From positions 90,460,001-90,524,000 of the forward strand of contig NC_087436.1 in assembly GCF_036321535.1 (NCBI RefSeq): a stretch of 64,000 bases of DNA. Reading direction: 5' to 3'. Within the stretch, counting starts at the first letter, position 1. Each line of letters opens with the position of its first letter. Of the stretch, positions 1 through 13,590 are shown piece by piece. The DNA comes from Camelus dromedarius (lineage: Eukaryota). The position numbers and the translations under genes are program-made. The notes beneath the pieces are model-generated. The model did not search any database. It saw only the letters and a list, made by a program, of their open reading frames with translations, and was not told the DNA's origin.

Positions 1-879
1 CAGAAATATGAAAAGCAAATCAGGTGAGAATAAAATAGAAGGTGAAAAAGGAAAATAAATGAGAATAAAAACTCTTCAAATGATTTAGGACAGGAAAAAT
101 GAAGCAGATGATTTATGGACTTCAAAATCTAACTGATGCCGTAAGACCGCATATGTTACATTAGTATAACGTGGATTACAAACAAGTGGAAAGTATTGGC
201 TTGAGCAGACTTGCACAGTGTCACTATTTCTGATATAGAAATACAGATTACCTTAAAGAAGAACCCTCTACAATGTGCCATTAGAGATGGCTTAAATGAT
301 GCATTTAATCATAGCACTAGTTTCTAGATGAACTTTAGTATTAAGCACAGTATTAAAGGATGCTTTATCAAGGCATTCCAGATTTTATATCACACTGTTT
401 ATATAATAAATATTTTATTTAATGAACTTGTATTATATTACATTTAATATGCCTGTCTGATAGAGGAAGGATGAGCTTGAGAGGGCTCTTACGTGCTTAT
501 GGTAAAAGCTAGGAGGTTTTCTTAATTCATAAGTGTTTTAGGAAAATCTTTTACAGGTTATTTCATTCTTTTCCTTGAAATTCACCTCTCAAAATTTTCT
601 TGAAATACTACTAACCCTGTATTTTCCTAAAATATTAAAATTCTTATTTCAATATTCTAAAAAATTGGGAACAAAATAGAAAAATAAAGTATTGTTTAGG
701 ACATGGAATCCAAAAATGAGGATATAGTTTAAAAGTAAAATAGCTGTAGATTTAATGTTGGTATGAGAAAAAATTCCAGATATTTGCAGCACATGTCTTA
801 CCAAGAGAACAATCAACTAATTAATCCAGTCTAGCATTACATGAGAAGGTTCCATGCTTTCACTGTTATCACCATATTT

Positions 880-1070
880 TGGGGACTGCGTAGTGTAATA
901 ATTAGTTTGTGAGGCGTGCATCAGTAGGATCTCAGTTAGTATTCCGCTTCTGCCGTTCATTGATTTTATGAACTTGATCTTTACTTATACTTTTGGGAAA
1001 TTTGTCTCCTTAAACGTAAATCATGGTTAATAAAGACTGGGTCATGTGGAGGATTAAGTATGTGAAGGAG
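880..1070 (+). mobile_element. MIR SINE fragment (highly diverged)
   Basis: Decayed MIR-core-like text (...ttccgcttctgccgttcattg...gaacttg...ttgtctccttaaacgtaaatcatggttaata...gtggaggattaag). Confidence 0.45.
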
Positions 1071-1369
1071 ATGGTGTGTGGAAGTGTGTCTATTTCCCTT
1101 CTCTTTTACTTTCTTCATTGGGATAAAGTGGCCTCGCAAATCTGAAAAAGGATGTGCACTTTTAATTTGTGTGGCCCTAAACACAGTCCTTGCAATGACA
1201 TTTGTTTCATGTCTTCTACCTCCCTGTTGGTTGGGGAAATGTAGCCAAGTCTGAGGTGTGGTACGGAATAATGAAAATCATGTGCCTTGAAAAATCAAGG
1301 GAAATATTAGGAGTGGTAAGAAGTCAAAGTATTCACTTAATGAATGAATGAAAATTATCCCCTGCCCAT

Positions 1370-1832
1370 CACTGGAAGACTTGAATCATAAGGATTCACC
1401 TGGGGACCTTGTAATATATGAATATTCTCAGCCCCACTCAAGCCTCTTAACTGAGTATGGGAGGAGCAGGGGACCAGAAACTGCTTATTGATCAAACTGC
1501 CAAACTCTCAAACTCTATAGCAGGTTGCCCATGGGGAAAAAGATAAAAAAGGATCTAAGATACGTACATGAAAACAAACCTTGAAGTGCCTAGTTATGCT
1601 GATTGTGTTTCTTCTGACTCCTGGTATGGTGCTCAAATAGTTAAAATTTTGTTTGGAGCAAAGGTTCTCAAATGTTTATATTCAAATACTAATCATTTGA
1701 AGGAGCTCGTAAAATGTTGTGAAACAACTCTCAGACTGCTGAATAAAAACCACAGTAAATCAGACAAACATCTAAGTATAAAGGTTCTGAAATAATTCTA
1801 ATACAGGTTTATATTTGAGGACCACTGGTCTA
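1370..1832. mobile_element. MER5-type hAT-Charlie non-autonomous DNA transposon fragments
   Basis: gattcacctggggaccttgtaa...cagccccactc; caaaggttctcaaa...tttgaggaccactggtcta resemble MER5A/B internal and terminal motifs. Confidence 0.5.
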
Positions 1833-2514
1833 GACTAGAGAGTGAGTTTGACAAGAAACAAATTTATAAACTATATCTGACTGAATAATATATTGCCAAA
1901 AAATTGACACCCAGATCTCAGGGACAAGTCTCTAGGTGAATGACAAAAATACTCAGGAATCCACTAATTTGTGTACCTATGCACTTTTACAAATGTTCTC
2001 ATAGTACATGGTGAATGAGATAGTTAGCATGTTAAATTCTGAAAAGGGATTGTAAATTGTAGGGTACTCAGCCCACTGACTACTGTGCACAAGAGGAAAA
2101 ATTTAGAAGCCTCACCAGAAGGTTTGGTTTGATTCCTTGGAATGTATTTGCTGATACCAGATAGAAAAAAGAATAGCCTAATTAAATGTGTTTGAAAACG
2201 TTTGACTGCAAAAGGACAGTATCAGACCTATTCAACATTGCATCTTCTTCATAAAAAGGTATCTTGGAATAAGATACATGGTTAAAAACTTTGACGTATT
2301 TAATTTTTATATTGAGACACCTTAAGATATTACTACTGATTTGGAACATAAAACAATTTTGAAAAAATATTGGAAAAGGATATTCTTCAACTAATTGTGA
2401 ATTCTATGACTTTCTTTCTGGTGATCAAATTTGGGGGTAAGATAGTCTATTTTTTATTGGTGTGTTGTTGATTTACCATGTTGTGTTTCTGGTATACAGC
2501 ATAGTGATTCAGTC

Positions 2515-2572
2515 ATATATATATATATGTGTGTGTGTGTGTATATATGTATGTGTGTGTGTGTATGTGTAT
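2515..2572. repeat. (TA)n/(TG)n compound microsatellite in L1 3'UTR
   Basis: Directly visible dinucleotide runs. Confidence 0.9.
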
Positions 2573-2937
2573 ATTTATTTTTCATTGTAGGTTATTACAA
2601 GATACTGAATATAGTTCCCTATACTATACCATAGGACTTTGTCTATTATATACATAGTAGTATATAACTGTTAATCTCAAACTCCTAACTTATCCTTGAC
2701 CCCTGCTTTCCCCTTTGATAACCATAAGTTTTTTTTCTATATCTCTGAGTCTATTTCTGTTTTATAAATAACTTCATTTGTCTTTTTTTCTTTTCAGATT
2801 CCACATGTAAGTGATATCATGTGATATTTATCTTTCTCTGTCTGACTTACTTCACTTAGTATGATAATCTTTAGGTCTATCCATGTTGCTGCAAATGGCA
2901 ATATTTCATTATTTTTTATGGCTGAGTGGTCTTCCAT

Positions 2938-2974
2938 TGTGTGTGTGTGTGTGTGTGTATGTGTGTGTGTGTGT
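2938..2974. repeat. (TG)n microsatellite inside L1
   Basis: Directly visible. Confidence 0.95.
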
Positions 2975-5900
2975 TGGTATATATCTATAAACCACATCTT
3001 CTATATCCATTCATCTGTTGGTGGACATTTATATTGCTTCCATGTCTTAGCTATCATAAATAGTGCTGCTGTGAACATTAGGGTACAAATATCTTTTTGA
3101 ATTGGAATTTTCTCCAGATGCATGACCAGGAGTGAGATTTATGGATCATACAGTAACTATTTTTAGTTTTAGTGTGGGAGGGTTCCCTTTTTTCCACACC
3201 CTCTTGAGAATTTATTCTTTGTAAACTTTTTAATGGCGGCCATTCTGAACAGTGTAAGGTGATACCTCATTGTAGTTTTGATTTACATTTCTCTGGTAAT
3301 TAGCAATATTGAGCATCTTTTCATGTACCTAGTGGCCATCTATATGTCTTCATTGGAGAAGTGTCTGTTTATGTCTTCTGCCTTTTTTTTTTTTGATTGG
3401 GTTGTTTTTTTGTCATTGAGTTGTATGAGCAGTTTATATATTCTGGAAATTAAGCCCTTGTCAGCAGCTTGTTTGCAAATATTTTCTCCCAGTCTGGAGG
3501 GTGTCTTTTTGCTTTGTATATAGTTTCCTTTGCTATGCAAAAGCTTATAAGTTTAATTGGGTCCTATTTGTTTATTTTTGCTTTTATTTGTATTGCCTTG
3601 GGAGACTGACCTAGGAAAACTGCTGTGGTTTAAATCAGACAATGTTTTGTCTATATTCTCGTCCAGCAGATTTATGGTATCTTGTCTTATGTTTGTCTTT
3701 AAGCCATTTTGAGTTTATTTTTGTTTATGGTGTAAGGGAATATTCTAACTTTATTGAGTTTCATGAGAATATCCAGCTTTCCCAGCATCATTTGTCAGAG
3801 ACTGTCTTTTCTCCATTGTATATTCTTGCCTCCTGTGTTGAACATTAATTGATTTTAGGTGTGTGATTTTATCTCTGGGCTCTCTGTTCTGTTCCTTTGA
3901 CCCATATGTCTGTTTTTGTGCCAATACCACACTGTTTGAATTACTATAGCATAGTAGTAGTGTCTGAAATCTGGGAGGGTTATGCCTCCAGCTTCATTCT
4001 TTTTCTTCAGTATTGCTTTGGCAATTCTAGGTCTTTTGTGATTCCATATAAATTTTAGGATTGTTTGTTCTATTTCTGTGAGAGATATCCTAGGTAATTT
4101 GATAGGGATCACATTAAATCTGTATATTGCTTTGGGTAGTGTGGCCATTTTAACACTATTAATTCTTCCAATCCAAGAGCATGGGATATCTTTCCATTTT
4201 TAAAAATCATCTTTAATTTCCTTTATCAGTGTTTTTAGTTCTAAGCATGTAAGTCTTTCACCTCCTTGGTCTGGTTTATTTCTAAGTATTTTTTTGATGT
4301 GATTTTAAAAGGGATTGCTTTTTTGTTTTTTCTTTTTTTTTTGCTTTCCATTTCTGATATTTCTTTGTTAGTGTAAAGAAGTGCAACTGATTTCTGTGTG
4401 TTAATTTTGTATCCTGCTACCTTGCTGAATTCTTCAATCAGCTCTAGTAGTTTTTGTGTGGGACCTTTTGGGTTTTCTATGTATAATACTATGTCATTGG
4501 CATATCATAACAATTTTACCTCTTCTCTTCCAATTTGTATACATTTACTTATTTATCTTGTTTGATTGTTATGGCTAGGACTTGCAATACTGTGTTGAAT
4601 AGAAATGGTGAGAATGGGCATCCTTGTCCCATTCCAGATTTTAGTGGAAAGGGTTTCAACTTTTTCAACGTTGAATATTATGTTGCTTGTGGGTTTGTCA
4701 TAAATAGTTTTATTATGTTGAGATATGTTCGCTCTATATCCACTTTGGTAAGAGTTTTTATCATGAATTGATGTTGAATTTTATCAAATGCTTTTCCCAC
4801 ATGTATTGAGATTATCACATGGTTTTTGCCCTTTCTTTTGCTGATGAGGTGTATTACATGGATTGATTTGCATGTATTGAACCATCCTTGTGACCCTGGG
4901 ATAAATCTGAATTGATCACAGTGTATGAATTTTTTTATGTGTTGTTGGATTCAGTTTGCTAGTATTTTGTTGAGAATTTTTGCATCTGTATTGCATCTAT
5001 ATTCATCTATATTCATTTTTTTGGTAGTGTTTTTGTCTAATTTTGGTATCAGCATGATAGTGGCTTCATAGAATGAGTTTGGTAGTGTTCCCTCCTCTTC
5101 AATCTTTTGGAAGAGCTTGAGAAAGATCAGTGTAAATTCTTTGTGTGTTTGGTAGAATTCCCAGTGAAGCCATTTGGTCCTGGACTTTTCTTTACAGGAA
5201 TTGTTTTTTTGTAGATTCTATTTCATTCTAGTAATTAGTCTGTTCAAATTTTGTATTTCTTCTTTATGCAGTTTTGGTGGACTATAGTTTCTAGAAACAT
5301 GACCATTTATTCTAGATTGTTCAATTTGTTGGCATATAATTGTTCATAGAATTCTCTCTCTTTTTTTTTTTTATCTATTCCTGTAGTATCGGTTGTAATT
5401 TCTTCATTTTCTTTTCTTATTTTGTTTATTTCGGTCCTCTTTGTTTTCCTTTTGGTGAGCCTAGCCAAAAGTTTGTCAATTTTGTTTACTCTTTCAAAAT
5501 AAAAAACAGTTCTTGGTTTTATTGATTTTTTTTCTATTGTCTTTTAAATTCCTATTTTATTTATCTCCTCCCTAATCTTTATTATTTCTTTCCTTCTGCT
5601 GACTTTAGGTTTTGTTCTTCTTTTTGTAATTCTTTTAGTTGGTAGGTTAGGTTGTTTATTTGAGATTTTGCTTGTTTTTTTTGAGAAAGGCCTGTATCCC
5701 TAGGAACTTTCCTCTTAGGACTGATTTTGCTGCATCCCATAGACTTTGTATAGTTCTGTCTTCATTGTCATTTGTCTCCAGGTATTAATTTCCTCTTTAA
5801 TGTCATTGTTGACCCATCAGTGTTTTAGTAATATGTTGTTTAGTCTCTGTGCAATCTTTTTTCTTTTTTTTTTTTCCATTTCTCTTTCTGTGATTGATTT

Positions 5901-8900
5901 CTAGATTTATGCCTTTATGGTCAACAATAATTGAATAATTGAAAAAATTTCAATCTTCTTAAATTTGTTGAGGCCTGTTTTGTGTCTGAGTTTGTTGTCT
6001 GTCCTGGAGACTCTTCAGTGAGCACAGGAAAAGAATGTGTATTCTGTGTGTGTGTGTGGGGGTTTTTTTTTTTTTTTTGGCATGTAATATACTGAAAATA
6101 TCTATTAAGCCTAACTGTTCTGTTGTATTACATAGAATCTCTGTGCCTTATTGATTTTCTGTCTGTAAGATCTATCCATTGATGTTAATGGGATGTTAAA
6201 GTCTACTGCTGTTATTGTATTCCCATCAATTTTTCCCTTTATGTCTGTTAGTACTTGTTTTATATATTTAGTGCTCCTATATTGGGTGCATGATAATGAG
6301 TGTAATATCCTATTATTGTATTGATCCTTTTATCACTATGGAGTATTCTTTATTTTCTTTACAGCCTGCATTTTAAGTCAGTTTTGTCGGTTATGAGTAT
6401 TTCTGCCTCCACTTCCTTATCATTTCCATTTGCGTGAAATATCTATTTCCATCCTCTCATCAATCTGTGCATGTCTTTCACCCTAAAGGGGGTCTCTTGG
6501 GGGCAGCATATTGTAGGTTCTTGTTTTATTATCTTATGTGCCACTCTGTGTCTTTTGATTGAAGCATTTAGTTCATTGACATTTAAGGTAATTATTGATT
6601 GATGTGTGTTTATTGCCATTTTCATTTTTGTTTTCCATTTGATTTTTTATCTATTATGTGCTCCTTTCTTTTTCTTTTTGTGGTTTGATGATTTTCTTTT
6701 ATATTATTCTTGAGTTATTTTCTTTTTGGTTTTGTGACTCTATTGTATGTTTTTGATTTGTAGTTACCCTGTTTTTCAATATATTAACCAATCGCTGTAT
6801 CTACTTGCTTTAGGCTAGTAATCATAGGCTTAAACACCTTATAAAAAGAAAGAAAAAAATCTATATCTTCTTACTCCTCTCCCACATTTTATGATTTTGA
6901 TGCCCTCTTTTACATCATCATGTTCATTACTTTGCTATTTATTGTAGTTATTACATTTCCAATTATGATTTTCTCTTTTCTATAGATTTTTGCTTTTCTA
7001 TTTAGAGAAGACCTTTCAATGTTTATTTTATGATAGATTTAGTATTGCTGTATTTTTTAGTTTTTGTTTGTGAAATTTTTTCTCTCTCATTCTATTCTAA
7101 ATGGTAGTCTTGCTGGATAGAGTATCCGAGTTGCACATTTTTCTTTTTCAGGACTTTGAATGTATTTTGCCACTCCCTGTGGCCGGCAGTGTTCTGTAGA
7201 GAAATCAGCTAATAACCTTGTGGGAGTTAGCTTATAATTAATTCTTTGTTAATTAATTATAATATGGCTTTGTGTAGGTCTGTTTGGGCTCATCTTGTTT
7301 AGGACCCTCTGTGCTTCCTGTACCTGGATATGTTTGCTTCTTTAGGTTTGGGAAATTTTCAGCCTTAATTTTTAAATACATTTTGATCCCCCTTTCTCTT
7401 TCTTCACTTTCTGGGACTCATATTATATGTAGATCGCCGTGTTTTATATTATCCTATAGGTCTCTTATATTTCTTTTTTTAAAATTTGTTTTTCTATCTG
7501 TTGTTCTCATGGGGTGATTTCCATTTTTCTGTCTTCTGGATCACTTATCTGTTCTTTTGCATTATTTAGTCTGCTGTTTATTGCCTTTAGCTCAACTTTC
7601 ATTTCAGCAATGGAATTTTCTGGTTTTAATTGGCTCTTCTTTATTGTTTTTAGTTTCTTTTTACAGTAATCTCCATTTCTATCAATAGTGTCTTTTAATT
7701 CCTTATTTTTATTATCTCTTTTTTTTAACTGAAGTTCTAGTAGACTGGAGAGGTCTATTTTTTGTTATTTGGGGATTTCCCTTTTACTTTTAATTGTGAG
7801 CTGCTTCTGTTTATTCATTTTACTTATATTTCTCTATGTATTTAGGAATAACAGTTATCTACTGCCATCTTGAAGGGCTCTTTTTATGTGGGAGCATCCT
7901 TATGTAGCTTGTGTGCAACTAATATCTTTGTTTCGAGGGATGTTTTTAGTGTGTGTGGCTGACACATCTTTCCTTCATGTATGTTGGCTGTTATCCCCTT
8001 GATAGGGGGTATGATTTGTGTTATGGTAACCAGAGCCTGCACGGGGTGTTGACTGGGGCCTTGTCTTTGCACCTTGGTTGTCACAGCCCTATCGGGGGCC
8101 AGGTCTTTCCTCCAATTGTGACAGTAGACACCCCCAGATTTGTTTCTGAACTTCTGCGTGAACTGAGTGCTTCTACTGGGAGAAGAGCTGCTGAGTATTC
8201 CTCCACAGGAGATGTCCACTGGAAACTGCCCTGTGTGGTGTCACCTTTCATGCATCACGTAGCCTCACAAAAAATACACTGTTGTTGGTGCTGCCCTCAG
8301 CCCCACCTCAGCCATGGAAATGCAGGCAACCTGCCCTGGTGTCATGTCCCTCAGGTGCTGTGTTCACAAAGTCACCAGAGCAGATCCACTGAAGTCAGGC
8401 ACCAGGATCTACCATAGTTGTGTATAGTCACACATCTGTATCTGCCTACTCTACAGGATCAGCCCACACCCCCGCTCCACCTCCGGATGCACAAGCCTGC
8501 TATTAACTCTAGACCTGCCCCAACCATTCACTACTACTCTGCTAGGATGCCCTACAGCTTATCAGTTTATAAAGGCACAGTCAGCATAAATCCACCAAAG
8601 CTCCTTGGGATAGGACTCAAATTTCAGCCTTGTTTCCAAAGTCTCTTGGCCCCTGGGAATGTCCTTAGATTTCTGCCCCACCTTTACTTGGGGGCAACCC
8701 ACCAGAGATTTTGCCCTTCTAGAGCAAGCGAAGGAGACAGCTATGATGGTGTCTTGCCCTTCCCTTCAAGAGAGTGCATTAACAATGGGGCTCCTATGCA
8801 TGACCCATGCTCCATCCTGTGTATTTTCCAAGTTTCAGTCTGTACTCAGTCTAGCCCCTTTCAGCCATCTCTGCCCAGCCAAGCCCAGTCCTCTCCATGG

Positions 8901-10179
8901 GTCTGTCTTCTGAAACCTGAGCATTAGCATCCAGTCCTGACACATAGCAGCAGGCTCATGTCTCACGCTGGGTAATGCATGGACCATCTTTGCCAGTTTC
9001 TCTCTATTCTGTCTGCTGCAAAGTGGCCACTGCACTCTCCTCTGAGCTTCTGAAGCTCCCCTTCTGTTCCAACTAATTTCCCTGCTGTTGAAGAGGCTTC
9101 TCAGGGTGAGGGCACCTTTTTTCTTTCTCCACTCCCTCCCTGAGGCACAGGTCCCATCCCCATTCTGGTGTTTTTTTTTTGTTTGTTTGTTTGTTTTTTT
9201 TGTCCTACCCAGTTATGTGGAGATCTTTCTTGTAGCTTTGAATGTATGAGCTTTCCTACCAGAGTTCAGTAGGTATTCTGTGAGAATTGTTCCACATTTA
9301 GATTTATTTTTGATGTATTTGTGGCAGAGGGTGAGCTTGCATCCTTATATTGCTCATATTGGTCTATATTAATGTCCTCTCTCAGGATAGTCTTTTTTAA
9401 ATTAAGTTTTAATAATATAGAACACAAGTGAATTAAAAACTGGTTGTACCTTTGATTTTTTCAGCAAAATGGGTTTCATATTTAAGTAATTATTGTGTAT
9501 CATCTTCTTTATATAAAAGAAATAGGTAAAGGAGTTCAGATTTTGTTAGTGTAACAGAGACTTATGGAACAGAAACAAGTGCCTAGTTGCTTATCCCTCT
9601 CTGTTAGAGGGGTGAGAATAGTTTGAAATGTAACCAACTTTTATAAAAATAATATGTTAAATAATACATATTCTTGATATTTGAGGAAATTAAAAATAAC
9701 TTTTAGTACAGGGCAGAAACTAAGGAATTCTAAGAATTTGTGTGTGTTTAAATGCTCCTGTGTGTTTGTAATGTGATATTTATATATTTGTAGTTTTTTG
9801 GTGGATTGCCTGAGGCTCTATCATGGGATTGTTTCATTTAGCTGTTGAGTAAATCTGAACACCATCAATCTGTCAGCACAACTTTGCTTATTTCAGTTAT
9901 TCTACATCTAGTACCCTAGGTCAGAAGTGAAAAATAGTACATAATAACACATATTTCTGAGAATCACCTAGAGAAGCAAGTTAGCTCTCCTTGCAAGATA
10001 TGAAAATGAAACTGAAAGCAAAGCTTCATAACTAGCATATAGAGGGTTTTGGTAAATCTGGTGGTAACTCAGAAAGCTCCATGAGCTCTGTATAGGAATA
10101 CAGAGAAATTCTTTCCTAAAATGTTCCAGCCTGTACATAGTTGTTCATAGCTTAAAAGAGGACAGTTTTATGACAGTTT

Positions 10180-10570
10180 AAAAAAAGATAATTAATGTGT
10201 AGTATGAAGATGTGCACAGGAAGCATGTGATGCTGAATGCAAATATCATTTAGGAAGAAGCCAGAAGCCTGTTTTAAAAAAAAAAGAGTTACCGTGTAAC
10301 CACAGGTGCTGAAGGTACCAGCATAGCATTTGAAGCAACCAAATTTATGAGCAAAGATTGGTTCAAGAATTTTAAGAAGCATTTTAATTTGCATAATGTG
10401 AAGTTAATAGGAAAGGAGGCATCAGTTGAATACATAACTGGGAAATTATTCCCCACCAAGGCAAAATTCTATCACAAAGAGATGAGCCATAGGCAGAATA
10501 AATTTTAGTTAGAATTAAACCGTTTGATAATGGAAGAAAAATCTATCTCTAAATATACATTCATGCTGTT
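10180..10570 (+). mobile_element. Old Tigger (TcMar/pogo) transposase fragment
   Basis: Manual translation SKDWFKNFKKHFNLHNVKLIGKEASVE resembles the Tigger CENP-B-type HTH/linker motif (ASxGWFxxFKxRxxLHNVKxxGEAASAD); interrupted by stops. Confidence 0.7.
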
Positions 10571-11192
10571 TGTAGTGAACACACACACATAGGATACAGC
10601 AGCAATCACAATTATTTACCAAGTTTTAGGTTTGCCAATTCAGTCCATAATGAACATTACTTTTAATAATCATACATTAAGTTATAGAATATTATTTATT
10701 TTATAAGAAAAAATAAATTCAGTTTCAAATTATTTCAATGAAATCAAAGTAATATTAATATTTTCTACTTTGCTTTTAGAAACAATTTAAATGTTTGTTA
10801 AAATAGTGTATTTATGGGGGTTTAAATATATTACTGGTTTCTACAAATTTGGCGATCTGCAAATGCCTTGTAACGTATTGCTCACAAAGGCTGCTGGTTG
10901 TTTATTCTTTTAAAATACTAAATAAATAGCAGGTTTCTACTTTAAAAAATATGTCATTTTATTTGAAAGCTTATATGTAAAAAATATGACTTCCAACAGG
11001 GTACAAGAATCTAAGAAGCTGTCAGTTTCCTAATTGCATTTTGTATGTGGATGTTCCTTTAACTTTTTTTTTCTCTAAAGAACTTCATTGATTTAATGAT
11101 TATTTGAGTTATGTGGTTAAAGTGTGTGTGTTTGTTTTTTTTTCCTCCGTGAAACATGGAAGCCTGTATACCTATTCTTGCTCTGAGGAGTT

Positions 11193-11614
11193 TGTGTATC
11201 AGGATAGGCTAGACCTATGCTGTAATACCAAATATCCCCCAGAATCTCAGTGACTGGACGAAGCAGCAGTATATTTCTTTCTCATTCTAATTTCTGGGTA
11301 GTTTCAGGTATTTCTTAACAAAATATGTGTCTCATGTGGAAGCTCAACGATTCAAATCATTTCCATCTTGTGGCTCCACTCTTACGAGGTAAAGCCTTCT
11401 CCATTGTTGTTCTGGCAGGGGAAGAATGAGAGAACAGAACTCTCTGATGACTTATTTTCTGTCTTAGCCTAGAAATGGCACATTTTTCCCACTCACATTT
11501 TAATGATGAGAAATACATGACCTTGCCTAATTAAAAGAGGTATTGAACATGCAGTTTCTTTTGTACAAAGAAAAGAAAAATATATATAATGATGAGCACT
11601 AGAATCTCTACCTC
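11193..11614 (-). mobile_element. MaLR LTR (MLT1K/L-like)
   Basis: tatcaggataggctagacctatgctgtaata...cagaatctcagtg start; gcctagaaatggcaca...actcacatt; ...gatgagcactag end resemble old MLT1 LTRs. Confidence 0.6.
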
Positions 11615-12757
11615 AAAAACTTAGCCCAAATTTACAGTGGTTTTTTTTTGTTTTTTTGTTTTTTTGTTTTGCTAAAGGAAGTAAAATCAGTCAAATGATA
11701 GGGCAATGACATAAAGAATTAGATAAAACTACTGTTTGTAAGATTATTTAGTTTATTTACCACAGTGAATCTAATAAATTGGTGAAAGAAATGAGAAATA
11801 TCCTATTTTAAAGAAAATATTGGACAGCATAATGATTGGCTCCTAAATGTAAAGTTTTTCCACACAGCCTCCAAGTAAATGAAGCCAACTGTTACCCACG
11901 CCTAGGACATACTTAGGAGACATAGTTTGGTAAAAACCCCAGTTACATATGGGGGAAAAACACCCCAAGTTAGTGGAGCTACTCTGTGGCCTTTTTCTTA
12001 GTGGAGAAACGGGAAGATTATCAGTGAAATAGTTGGAACAATGGAGTTGCTCCAGAGTAGATGACACAGATAGTATCATCCATGAAGGAGAAAGTCTGAC
12101 ACTGAGTGACAGAAAAATTAGAACATATCAAATGTCTGTAAATCAGAACAATGACTGTTAGGGAATCAAAAGGAAAGACTGGACCATGTGTGGAGTCGGA
12201 GGTGAAAAAGTGGAAAAGCATCACTTTAGGGGATGATAGAGGCCACATGAGGAGGAGGCTTTACTGGAAGCTTGGTGGTGAACGGACAAAGAGGGGGGAA
12301 AAATATGTGAAAAATATGGAACCTTCAGGAACAAAATAATATCACAGCATCAGAAGAAATTCTACTTCTCCCCCACCCTCAACACACACACAGGAAACAG
12401 GCAACAATTAGTAAAGAAACTTCACTGTGCTATCAGAGTACAGTAAGCTTGAACTAAGAATTTAGCAAGCCATTCAAACCACTCAGTCTCTTCTGCATAT
12501 AGTTAACTATAATTAATGTTTCAGAACAATTAAAGGTACTTAAAAATATACAGAAAAAGTCACATAGCATCCACTTTAGATCTACTGGAAGGAATAAAAA
12601 AGTCACTGTCAAAACCTTTCAGCAGATGAAAATACACACTGACAATAATTATGAAGCAGAAAAAAATTATAATACAGTGCTCTAATATGAATTAAATAAG
12701 CAATGGCAAGAGTGAAGGAACATTATGAAACAAAGTCAACAAATCAGAATATAATGT

Positions 12758-13019
12758 TATTTGAGATTTTTTGTTTCCTAAGGTAAGCTTGTATCACTGT
12801 AAACTTCCCACTGAGAACTGTATTTGCTGTGTCCCACAGCTTTGGGATCATCGTGTTTTCATTTTCATTTGTTTCTAAGTATTGGTTTTTATTTCTTCTT
12901 TGATTCCTTCAGTGATCCATTGATTGTTTGGTAGCATATTGTTTAGCCTCCACATGTTTGTGGTTTTTACAATTTTTTTTCTTGCAGTTGATTTGTAATC
13001 TCATAACATTGTGGTCATA
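12758..13019 (-). mobile_element. LINE-1 ORF2 fragment (end of endonuclease region), antisense
   Basis: Reverse complement gives DHNVMRLQINCKKK...WRLNNML-type L1 ORF2 sequence. Confidence 0.85.
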
Positions 13020-13590
13020 AAAAATTGAAAATTTGAATAGACCTATAACTAATAAGAATATTGAATCAGTCATCAAAACTTTCCCGACCAAAAAAAGCCC
13101 AGTACCGGATGGCTTCACTGTTAAATTCTACCATAAATTTAAAAACTTAACACCAATCTTTTACAAAGTTATCCAAAAAATTGGAGAATTAACACACCCA
13201 AAATTATTTTATGAGGCCAGTATTTCTCTGATACCAAAGTCAGACAAAGATGTAACAAGAAAGCAAAATTACAGGCCAATACCACTGATGAATGTTGAAA
13301 TGAAAATTTTCAACAAAATACCAGCAAACAGAATTTAACAGCATATTAAAAGGATTGTACAACATAACCAAGTAGAATTTAGTCCTGGAATGCGCTGATG
13401 GTTCAATATATGAAAATCAGTCATGAAATACTCAGATTAATAGAGGAAAAAATGAAATCTACTCAGCTGATGTGGAAAAGCATTTGCCAAAATTCAGTGC
13501 CGTTTTAAGATAAAAACATTTATCAAACTAGAAAAAGAAGAAAATTACCTCAACATAATAAAAGTCATGTATGAAAAACCCAAATAAACA
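13020..13590 (+). mobile_element. LINE-1 ORF2 fragment (start of RT region)
   Basis: ORF 13033-13338 NRPITNKNIESVIKTFPTKKSPVPDGFTVKFY...YRPIPLMN is L1 ORF2. Confidence 0.92.

Larger units (their letters stand above)
2449..9385 (-). mobile_element. Full-length but decayed LINE-1 (cetartiodactyl-type): 5'UTR ~7820-9385, ORF1 ~6995-7818, ORF2 ~2794-6619, 3'UTR to ~2449
   Basis: Minus-strand ORF2 fragments ([63 protein letters not shown]); 3'UTR with T-rich tail at ~2450; TSD GATAGTCTATTTT (2441-2453) vs GATAGTCTTTTTT (9386-9398); many stops and frameshifts. Confidence 0.93.
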
